From: Armatimonadota bacterium
GTDB taxonomy: Bacteria > Armatimonadota > Armatimonadia > Armatimonadales > Armatimonadaceae
DNA: 58,057 bases
Direction: 5' to 3'
Assembly (NCBI GenBank): GCA_043754515.1
Contig: JAYUUO010000030.1
Coordinates: 1-58,057, forward strand
Shown: positions 50,263 to 58,057 of the stretch, piece by piece
Position numbering within the stretch: position 1 is the stretch's first letter
Layout of the letters: each line of letters starts with the position of its first letter
Notes under the pieces: generated by a model
What the model was told of the DNA's origin: nothing
The model's input: the letters and a program-made list of their open reading frames with translations, nothing else
Databases searched by the model: none
Program-made: the position numbers and the translations under genes

Positions 50263-51147
50263 CTACGCGCCCGCACGGGAGAGCGCGGCTTTGACCAGTG
50301 CCGGAATATCGGTCGAGGAGTCTGCCACCGGAACGCCAACCGCGTTCAGCGCGTCCACTTTGCCCTGCGCCGAGCCGGACGTGCCGGATACGATGGCACC
50401 CGCGTGCCCCATACGCTTGCCGGGAGGGGCGGACCGGCCGCCGACGAAGCCAATCACGGGCTTCCGCATCGTTTTCACGTACTCGGCGGCGATCTCCTCG
50501 TCCGAGCCGCCGATCTCGCCAACCATCACGATAACTTTGGTGTCGGGGTCGCTCTCGAACAGCGGCAGAATGTCAATAAAAGTCGAGCCGAGGATCGGAT
50601 CTCCCCCGATGCCGACAGCGGTGGTCTGGCCGATACCCGCGCGGGTCAGGGCGTCCACGATCTCGTAACAAAGTGTGCCGGAGCGCGAGACCACCCCTAC
50701 CGGGCCGGGCATGAACGATGACGCGGGGATGATGCCAATCTTCCCTTTGCCGACCGACAGTACGCCGGGGCAGTTGGGACCCACAAGGCGACAGCCGGGA
50801 TGCGTCGCCACGTAGCGCGTCGCGACGATCATGTCCTGCACCGGGATGTATTCGGTGATGCAGACGATCAAACCCACGCCCGCCGCCGCGCCCTCAATGA
50901 TCGCGTCCGCCGCGAACTTGGGCGGGACGACGATGAAGTGCGCGTTCGCGCCGGTCTTTTCGACCGCTTCGGACACTGTGTCGAACACGGGCACGCCGTA
51001 CTCGGTGGTCTGTCCACCCTTGCCGGGTACGACGCCCGCGACGACGGAGGTGCCGTAGGCGATCATCTGTGCCGTGTGGAACGAGCCTTCGCGCCCGGTG
51101 ATCCCGGAAACGACGACCTTCGTATTCTCATCAAGAAGTATGCTCAT
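50263..51147 (-). CDS. sucD: Succinyl-CoA synthetase alpha subunit
   Basis: GITGREG, GPNCPG, SRSGTL, GIGGDP, phospho-His motif RMGHAGA. Confidence 0.97.
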   Translation of the reverse strand: MSILLDENTKVVVSGITGREGSFHTAQMIAYGTSVVAGVVPGKGGQTTEYGVPVFDTVSEAVEKTGANAHFIVVPPKFAADAIIEGAAAGVGLIVCITEYIPVQDMIVATRYVATHPGCRLVGPNCPGVLSVGKGKIGIIPASSFMPGPVGVVSRSGTLCYEIVDALTRAGIGQTTAVGIGGDPILGSTFIDILPLFESDPDTKVIVMVGEIGGSDEEIAAEYVKTMRKPVIGFVGGRSAPPGKRMGHAGAIVSGTSGSAQGKVDALNAVGVPVADSSTDIPALVKAALSRAGA

Positions 51148-51213
51148 AGGTTTAACGGTTCGGCGGGCGCGTTGGCGCGGATTTAGCCAATGCGCCCGCC
51201 GTTTCGGTTGCTG

Positions 51214-51423
51214 TTACTTTTGTTTCTTAAAGTAGTAGGTGACTACATCTTCGGTGTACTCTTCGTCTTCGTCTTCTTCCTCTTCACTTGTTTCGACGTA
51301 GGTCATCTGCGAGACGGTGACAGAGACGAGTTCGTAGCCCTCCCCGCCGAGGCGGTTCAGCACAGTCTCTTCGTCCTCTTCCATCTCGGTGGAGGTCAGG
51401 ACTTTGTATTCATAAGTAGCCAT
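51214..51423 (-). CDS. Small acidic DUF4177-like protein
   Basis: YEYKV...LNRLGGEGYELVSV...YYFKK. Confidence 0.75.
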   Translation of the reverse strand: MATYEYKVLTSTEMEEDEETVLNRLGGEGYELVSVTVSQMTYVETSEEEEDEDEEYTEDVVTYYFKKQK

Positions 51424-51503
51424 AGTTTTTGGTTCCTATCGGTTATTTTGGCGATCCGTTCGTCGCCAAAAGGTTTTGCGGCGGGCCTCGCTCCTTGCCC
51501 CGA

Positions 51504-52250
51504 TTACTCGCGCAATTGGATGTGGAAAGCGTCGGCACGCATCACACTGTCAAAATCGTTCGGTCGGACCTGGTACACGAATTGGCTCGCGGCGGCGTTC
51601 TTCGGCACCGAGAATATCACCGCGAACTCCGCCACCTCACCATATCTTAACGTCGCGATCGGCACTCGCCGGTCCCACTGGCTGGGCGGATATACCTGCC
51701 CCGTCGCCCCAATCAATCCCGTGTCGCCACCTCGAAAGACTCCTAGATCAAACCGTCGCGACTTCTTCATGTTGTTTCTCATGCGACAAACGACAGCGAC
51801 CAGATCCCGGTCGCTCTCGGCGGCGAACGTCTTGCCGGTGACGAGCGACGAGAAACTCGCGCCGCGTATCACTCGCACAACCATGAACGCTACCTGCCCG
51901 TTCGTGAGCGGCTCGCCCACGGTACCGCTCAGACCGGCCGCACTCTTCTTACCCCCGACCGCATCAACCGGCTTCACGGTTTGCGAACCCATCTCGGCCG
52001 CGTCCCCGACTGTCAGCAAATCGTAGCCGTCGGCGCGAGCAACGACGCGACGATTCAGCACTCTGGCGACGTCCGCGACGGGCATATAAACATTGCCGTT
52101 CAACTCGATCACATCGGTCGAGATCGCCTTGCCGTCAACGTACACGCTCCGCGCCGCGCGTGCCGCCGCGTACCCCCCCGCAAACGCGGTTCCGATCAGA
52201 ACCGCGCTTAGCAGGAACACCCGCCCTCTCCGGGACATGCGCTTAATCAT
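51504..52250 (-). CDS. Hypothetical secreted protein
   Basis: Signal peptide, VYVDGK..NGNVYMPVADVARVL N-domain, Ig-like C-domain ending VIFSVPK. Confidence 0.75.
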   Translation of the reverse strand: MIKRMSRRGRVFLLSAVLIGTAFAGGYAAARAARSVYVDGKAISTDVIELNGNVYMPVADVARVLNRRVVARADGYDLLTVGDAAEMGSQTVKPVDAVGGKKSAAGLSGTVGEPLTNGQVAFMVVRVIRGASFSSLVTGKTFAAESDRDLVAVVCRMRNNMKKSRRFDLGVFRGGDTGLIGATGQVYPPSQWDRRVPIATLRYGEVAEFAVIFSVPKNAAASQFVYQVRPNDFDSVMRADAFHIQLRE

Positions 52251-53406
52251 TACCGACCAGGGAAACGATTTTCTGAGCGGCTTCTTGCATCGTTGCCGCA
52301 GGTATAAGATCCGTATCCTTCAGTAGAGCCAAGCCTTCCGCCGCGTTCGTGCCCGCTAGCCGCACCACGATCGGGACCTTGATGTTCAGCGTCTTCGTCC
52401 CCTCAATAATGCCACGTGCCACTTCGTCCCCACGAGTGATGCCGCCGAAGATGTTGATCATCACGCCCTTGACGTTGGGGTCGGAGAGCACGATGTCCAG
52501 ACTGTTGCGTACCAGTTCCGCCTTCGCGCCGCCTCCGATATCAAGGAAGTTAGCCGGCTCGCCACCCGCCCGCTTTACCTCATCCATTGTACCCATAACC
52601 AGACCCGCGCCGTTGCCGATGATGCCGATGTTGCCGGAAAGGTGGACGTAGTTATTGATGCCGCGCCGCTTCGCTTCCTTCTCGTAGTCATCGGTCTCTT
52701 CGGATGTTTCGGCGTAGGCGGCGAACTCGGGGTGGCGGAACGACGCCGACTCGTCAATCACGATCTTCGCGTCACCCGCTATAAAGGTGCCGTCGGTCGT
52801 GACGACCAGCGGATTTATCTCGGCGAGCGACGCGTCCCCTTCGATGTAGGCCTTGTATAGCGCCTTCAGGAACGGGGCGAGTTTGCCGATCTCGTCGCTC
52901 GGTATGCCGCCGTCTTTGGCGAGTTTGCGGATGTCGAAGTCGCGTAGACCCAGGAACGGGTCTACGGCGAACCGGCCGATGGAGTCCGGGTGCGATTCGG
53001 CGACCTCCTCAATGTCCATGCCGCCCTGCGAGGAGACGATGAAAACATTACGCTGCGAGTTCCGGTCGGTGGTAATCCCGATGTAATACTCCTTCGCGAT
53101 CGGCAGGGCTTCCTCGACCAGCACGTTGTCAATGCGCAGGTTGGACTGCGCCTGCGCGAAGAACAACTCCTTGCCCAGGATCGTCTCCGCGTACGCACTC
53201 GCCGCAGCCGCGCCGTCCACGACTTTCACGCCGCCTGCCTTGCCACGCCCGCCAGCGAGCACCTGCGCCTTAACGACGACTTTGCCCCCGCCGATGGCGT
53301 TCGCCGCCGCGACGACCTCACCCGGGGTCGCCGCGACCTGACCGCGCGGGACGGCGACGCCGTACTTGGCTAAAAGTGCCTTGCCTTGAAACTCTTGTAA
53401 CTTCAT
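52243..53406 (-). CDS. sucC: Succinyl-CoA synthetase beta subunit
   Basis: MKLQEFQGK, KAQVLAGGRGKAGG, EINPL, NGAGL, NFLDIGGG, NIFGGI. Confidence 0.97.
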   Translation of the reverse strand: MKLQEFQGKALLAKYGVAVPRGQVAATPGEVVAAANAIGGGKVVVKAQVLAGGRGKAGGVKVVDGAAAASAYAETILGKELFFAQAQSNLRIDNVLVEEALPIAKEYYIGITTDRNSQRNVFIVSSQGGMDIEEVAESHPDSIGRFAVDPFLGLRDFDIRKLAKDGGIPSDEIGKLAPFLKALYKAYIEGDASLAEINPLVVTTDGTFIAGDAKIVIDESASFRHPEFAAYAETSEETDDYEKEAKRRGINNYVHLSGNIGIIGNGAGLVMGTMDEVKRAGGEPANFLDIGGGAKAELVRNSLDIVLSDPNVKGVMINIFGGITRGDEVARGIIEGTKTLNIKVPIVVRLAGTNAAEGLALLKDTDLIPAATMQEAAQKIVSLVGND

Positions 53407-53578
53407 ACCGTTAAAACTTTCGTGGCCCGCGGCGCGAACTGCCGTCCCGACGGAGCCGCGTCATTGTAGCAAAAAGCGGCCGCTTTTCGCAACGTCAACG
53501 ACGGCAGATTTTTCCGGCCCTTTGATCCCAACAAGACGCGTCCTCATCTAAGGCATCAGAACATGTCATAATGGCCCC

Positions 53579-54334
53579 ATGACGAACCTATTGGACGGCA
53601 AAAAAGCACTGGTGACGGGGGCGGGACGCGGCATCGGCGTCGAGATCGCTCGCCTCTTCGCGGCGGAGGGCGCGGCAGTCGCCGTGCATTACCGAGGATC
53701 ACGGGCTGGCGCGGAACAAACGGCGGGCATGATACAGGACGCGGGCGGCACGGCGGTTGTCCTGCAAGCCGACCTCGCCGACGAGGCGCAGGCGGCGCGA
53801 CTGGCGCGCGAGGCGATTGACACGCTCGGCGGGCTGGACATCCTGGTAAACAACGCCGCCGGGTTCGGGCCGCTCAAGCCCCTCGCGGAGCATACCTGGG
53901 ACGAGATCAACGAGGAATGGCTGGCGGTGGTCAAGCCGGTTTTCGCGCTTACCCATGCCGCGCTCCCGCATCTGATCACGCAACGCGGCGGGCGGATCGT
54001 GAACCTAGCGGCGACGCTGTGGCAACGGCCCGCCCCGACGTTCGGTGCGCACGCGATGGCGAAAGCCGCCGTGCTCGCGTTCACGCGCACCCTCGCCCGT
54101 GAGGTCGGACCGGACGGCATCACGGTGAACGCCGTCTCGCCGGGCATGGCATTGACCGAGTTCTCGCAAAGCCTACCGGATTCCGTCAAGGACGCGGTGC
54201 GCGACCGTACGCCGCTCCGCCGTCTCGCGACGCCCGAGGACGTCGCGAGAGCCGTGCTGTTCTTCGCTTCGCCGCTCGCGGACTTCATCACCGGCGCGAA
54301 TCTGGCCGCCGACGGCGGTCTCGCGGTGCTATAA
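53579..54334 (+). CDS. Short-chain dehydrogenase/reductase with an atypical HxxxK active site
   Basis: TGAGRGIG, LVNNA, HAMAK, VNAVSPG, TPLRR, DGG. Confidence 0.9.
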   Translation: MTNLLDGKKALVTGAGRGIGVEIARLFAAEGAAVAVHYRGSRAGAEQTAGMIQDAGGTAVVLQADLADEAQAARLAREAIDTLGGLDILVNNAAGFGPLKPLAEHTWDEINEEWLAVVKPVFALTHAALPHLITQRGGRIVNLAATLWQRPAPTFGAHAMAKAAVLAFTRTLAREVGPDGITVNAVSPGMALTEFSQSLPDSVKDAVRDRTPLRRLATPEDVARAVLFFASPLADFITGANLAADGGLAVL

Positions 54335-57109
54335 CCACGTCGGGCGCGGCGCGGCGGGCGGCGCGTCGTCGGGTAGCGTCCGCAGAAACGCCGTTATCTC
54401 CCCGAACGCGGCGTACGGGAGACATATGCTGAACCCATCCCAAGCCGCGCCCGCTTCCGCCGCGCCGTGGTGCCAATCGTTCCAGAAGCGGGGCCCGATT
54501 GGCGTGCTGGAGGGAACGACGAGCGATAGCACCGGGGCGGAACTCGTCCGTAGTGCCTCCTTGTGAAGCCGCTTTGCGTTGAAGACGAGCATGCTGCCAC
54601 CGTTCGGAACCGCGTCGGCTCTGTCCCACCGCGAGTAGTAGCTAAACGTGTTAATGCCCTGAAGACGGTCCTCCAGGTAGAGCGGTAGTCGGGGAGCCGC
54701 CGCCCACGCCCCAGCAAAAATTCTGGCAAGGAAGGCCTTGTTATGATCATATCGGAAGCGGGAAAGGGTGCTCGACGACTCGGACGCGGAGTAACGATTT
54801 AGCCAGCTTCCTACATGCGACGTGCTGTGCGACACGACATCTACGGGATCGAACCCTTTCTCCGATTCGACTGCGTATCGGAGGTCGGTTGTGTAGCCCA
54901 GTAGTTCGCCGACTCCGTCCGCGTTTCCAAACAGATACCAGTTTTCCTGCTCGCCGTTGTGGGTGTACCCCGGCGCGGCACTGTTCACGAATACTGCCGC
55001 GCAAAGACCGGGGAGGGATAGGAACGGCGTGAGGCGGGCGACAGAGGCGGGCGGATCGGGCACGACCCAGCCCACATGGTGGTCGTTACACTCGGAAGGG
55101 ATGACCGGATTGATGCTGCTACCCGGCCCGCGTCCCGACACGCCTTCGACGAACGGCGTTCCCCGCTCGCCCAGAATGTTGACGTCCGGCACCGCGTCAT
55201 CACCCGGCTCGCTTTTGAGTAGCCACGGGATCACCGCCCCGACACGCACCCCCGCTTTGGAGCCGCGCGCGATCGTGCTTCGCAGACGTTCCCGTGTCGC
55301 CGCGTCGCTCGACGGCACCCGGAACCACGCCTCGGTGAACCCCTTGCACCGAAGGAGCGTCAGTAACACACTCGCGTTGGCGTCGCTCTCGGGTAGCGGC
55401 ACGACAAGCACGCGGCGTTTGAGCGACCTCGGGAACTTCATCGGCGTGGGGTGGGTGATGGGTGTCTGATCGCGAAGCGAATTCAGCTTCGCCCACGGCA
55501 GGGCGAACTCGCGCAGGATGGGGAACTTCAGCAAGCCCTCGAACTGCGCGGGATAGACCTGTCCGCCTGGCAAGAGCCAGTCGCAGTGGAAATCGGCGTT
55601 CAGTCTCACCCGGTCGGAACGCAGAGACACATCGGGATAATCTTTCTTCCACGATGCGATCCCGCGCGAAACCTCCTCGCGCAGGGCGGGCGACAGTTCG
55701 TTCACCGGGACGGAAGACAGGTTCTTGCCGGTCGGCGAGTGGTACGCATCGTCCATCGTTTTGATTTGCGCGGCACTCAGCGTGAATGGGTCGTCTGGCG
55801 CGAGATGGAGCGCGGACAGAAAGTCCCCTTCCGCGCAATCGTCCAGAGATTGGCGCGTGATGCGCGACTCCTCGATGCCCGCGTTCCGCGCCCACCGATC
55901 CAGGCGCGCGAACCGGGTGCCGACTCCCTCTACGTCATCGGTCAGAAGATACAGCGTCTCGCCCTTCGCACTGTCCAGACGCCGGAACGTGCCGGTTACG
56001 GAGCGACATAACACCTTCAATACATCGCCAGCGGGCACGGACTGTCCCCCGGCGGCCACTTTGTAGCGAACCGGGAGCACGGCGAACTGTTTATCGGCGA
56101 CGAAGCGGAGCCGGGTCGCGTCGGAAACCGCCGTGAGCAAAGCACCTATGGTTTTACGCGAGCCGTCGAGTCGGAACGGGGTTTGCAAGGCGGGCGCGTC
56201 GAGCGAGATACCACAGGGCTTCGGCTGGTTCGGCACGGTGATGATAACGGGCACGCCGTACGCGGTAACGGTCTCGTCTTCGACCGCGCTTGAATTATCA
56301 TCCGGCAGGACGACTTCTTTGAGCAGGAACGAGCCGTCCGGTTGCGGCTCGCCCGGAGGGGAACCCTCCGCGACCGCCCCGGTTTCGCGACCGCTCCTTC
56401 GCTCGGGCATGTGAGGGTAGACGCGGGAATAGTCCTCCTTGCCCGACACGAATAGCCCCAGCGAAGCCCGGCGCGACAGACGGAGACGGATTTGACCGGC
56501 GGGCACCGACTCCTCCCCGGCCGTGAACGTGTCGGAGTCGTCGCCCTGTTTTGGCACGATGCGAGTGGTCCGAACCACCACGGCGTCGCCGCGCCACAGC
56601 CCCTCGTATAACCTCTGCTGGTCGGCGGTCAAATCCACCGCCCCGATTCCCTCCGCGCCACCCGTGCGCTTCCATTGTTCCGGCGTGAGGCGCGACAGCA
56701 GAAGGAGGAAACGATCGTCGAAGGATAGCCCGGCGTACGGATCGGGCTTCGCGGGGTTCTTGACGAACACCTTCATTGAGCGCGGCACGACCGCAGTTAT
56801 GTCACCAACACTCAGGACGCGACAACCGATCCCTTCCGCGAACTGGGTGGGTGTCTTCCCGTTAAACAGGGCGCGGGCTATCGCGGCATGCTCCTCGTTA
56901 AACAACGGATAGCGGAAGAATCCGGTAATCAGGATCGGCCCTTGCGTACGGGGATCGTGCCGGAGGAGCGACGGCAACTCGCATTGCCCCATCGGTGGTG
57001 GCCGCCGTTCGGGAACTGCCACGGCCGGTCGCGCCGGTTCCTGCCGCGACCACGCGGGCAAGGCGGCGGCACAAACGATAATTGTAGTCAGGGCGGGCCA
57101 GTATCGCAT
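54329..57109 (-). CDS. Large secreted hypothetical protein
   Basis: Signal peptide MRYWPALTTIIVCAAALPAWS. C-terminal region is similar to the adjacent ORF. Confidence 0.8.
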   Translation of the reverse strand: MRYWPALTTIIVCAAALPAWSRQEPARPAVAVPERRPPPMGQCELPSLLRHDPRTQGPILITGFFRYPLFNEEHAAIARALFNGKTPTQFAEGIGCRVLSVGDITAVVPRSMKVFVKNPAKPDPYAGLSFDDRFLLLLSRLTPEQWKRTGGAEGIGAVDLTADQQRLYEGLWRGDAVVVRTTRIVPKQGDDSDTFTAGEESVPAGQIRLRLSRRASLGLFVSGKEDYSRVYPHMPERRSGRETGAVAEGSPPGEPQPDGSFLLKEVVLPDDNSSAVEDETVTAYGVPVIITVPNQPKPCGISLDAPALQTPFRLDGSRKTIGALLTAVSDATRLRFVADKQFAVLPVRYKVAAGGQSVPAGDVLKVLCRSVTGTFRRLDSAKGETLYLLTDDVEGVGTRFARLDRWARNAGIEESRITRQSLDDCAEGDFLSALHLAPDDPFTLSAAQIKTMDDAYHSPTGKNLSSVPVNELSPALREEVSRGIASWKKDYPDVSLRSDRVRLNADFHCDWLLPGGQVYPAQFEGLLKFPILREFALPWAKLNSLRDQTPITHPTPMKFPRSLKRRVLVVPLPESDANASVLLTLLRCKGFTEAWFRVPSSDAATRERLRSTIARGSKAGVRVGAVIPWLLKSEPGDDAVPDVNILGERGTPFVEGVSGRGPGSSINPVIPSECNDHHVGWVVPDPPASVARLTPFLSLPGLCAAVFVNSAAPGYTHNGEQENWYLFGNADGVGELLGYTTDLRYAVESEKGFDPVDVVSHSTSHVGSWLNRYSASESSSTLSRFRYDHNKAFLARIFAGAWAAAPRLPLYLEDRLQGINTFSYYSRWDRADAVPNGGSMLVFNAKRLHKEALRTSSAPVLSLVVPSSTPIGPRFWNDWHHGAAEAGAAWDGFSICLPYAAFGEITAFLRTLPDDAPPAAPRPTWL

Positions 57110-57196
57110 AACGATCTTACGGCAGTTGTAGTCAGTGTGTTCCCCAGCCCCTCCCGAACCGCATTCATCCACCGAAGGGATTTGCAATTTGTGGGG

Positions 57197-58057
57197 CTAA
57201 GGCGGCGCGGCGTCCGCGATGCCGCCGAGCATCCGGGCCGCGACCTCCGGCGTCAGGTACGAGCAGTCCACCACCACCCCACGCCACCGCCGCGCCGCCG
57301 TGAACGACTTCGCGACCGCCCCCGCGAAATCGGCGGGCTTGCCATCCCAGCCCCACTGGTTCAGCAACGGCTCCGGCGATGCCGCGAACGCCGCCGTCCG
57401 ATGCGCGCTCTCTTCCCAGTACAGGGGACAAACCGCGATGCTATCGCCCTTCACCCATCCCACGTACCACGACGTGTTGGGACGCGCGTACGAACTCGCG
57501 CGGTCGTTCAGATAGACCAGGAGTTTCGGCGCGGCTGTCTTTAGGGCAACGTGGAGGCTCGCCATGTCGCGCTTGTTCTGAGTCCAGCGGAACGCCCCCA
57601 GGTCGTCCCACAATTCACCCTTAGCGAAGAACGGTAGATCCACCTGGACACCGAGGGTGTACGAGTAATCAGCGGCGTCCAGCGGGTCGTAGCCCCGCGC
57701 TTCGAGGCAAGCGAGACGCTCCGCCGTGGTGTAGCCCAGGTGCCCGCCGGGGGGCAGGCCGTCTCCGCCCCGCACCACGCCCGCGTATCCCGGCGCGGCG
57801 GTCGCCTGGAGCGCGAGTGCGGCCAGACCCGGCACGCGGGCGAGCAGCAACAGGCCCGCCCGGATTGCCGCGCCGTCCCAGACGCTCCAGCCGGGGAAGT
57901 GGTAGCCGTAGTCGTTGCGGTCGGCGTTCTTCGCCTGCTTCCGCTGTGCGAACTCCGCGCCGGTCTCGCCGAGCAGGTTGACGTCGGGCGTACCCTCGTA
58001 GCCGCGCAAAACGTCCACCACCGCGCCGACACGCACGCCCGATCTGGCACCGTTCGC
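57197..58057 (-). CDS. Paralog of the adjacent large protein, 5'-truncated by the window edge
   Basis: Shared motifs VRVGAV, PDVN.LGE.G, AAPGY, LGYT, G.DP.D, FR...NK, AAP.L..YL.DR. Confidence 0.8.
   Translation of the reverse strand, partial: ANGARSGVRVGAVVDVLRGYEGTPDVNLLGETGAEFAQRKQAKNADRNDYGYHFPGWSVWDGAAIRAGLLLLARVPGLAALALQATAAPGYAGVVRGGDGLPPGGHLGYTTAERLACLEARGYDPLDAADYSYTLGVQVDLPFFAKGELWDDLGAFRWTQNKRDMASLHVALKTAAPKLLVYLNDRASSYARPNTSWYVGWVKGDSIAVCPLYWEESAHRTAAFAASPEPLLNQWGWDGKPADFAGAVAKSFTAARRWRGVVVDCSYLTPEVAARMLGGIADAAPP

Overview
GC-rich bacterial chromosomal window. Three PEP-CTERM genes and a prepilin/H-X9-DG (DUF1559-type) gene suggest Armatimonadota or a similar lineage (inference). 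Housekeeping genes (metH, N-terminal-half carB, a dnaK paralog, a ctaA-ctaB fusion, ileS, sucC/sucD, iaaA) are mixed with accessory DNA: an arsenic cluster (2x arsR, arsM, DUF6428-like, arsC, aquaporin), a decayed restriction-modification pair, GNAT arrays and several pseudogenes. The most notable signals are (1) a complete classical ribosome-dependent attenuator upstream of ileS, with an ATT-ATA leader peptide and 1:2, 2:3 and 3:4 stems; (2) a 738-bp AT-richer in-frame TPR-like insertion in the MetH linker; (3) a translationally coupled beta-carbonic anhydrase + bestrophin pair; (4) a consensus sigma-54 promoter ahead of a TPR + degenerate Ro60/TROVE operon. I saw no rRNA, tRNA, CRISPR array or transposase. 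All family calls come from motif recognition, not database searches.
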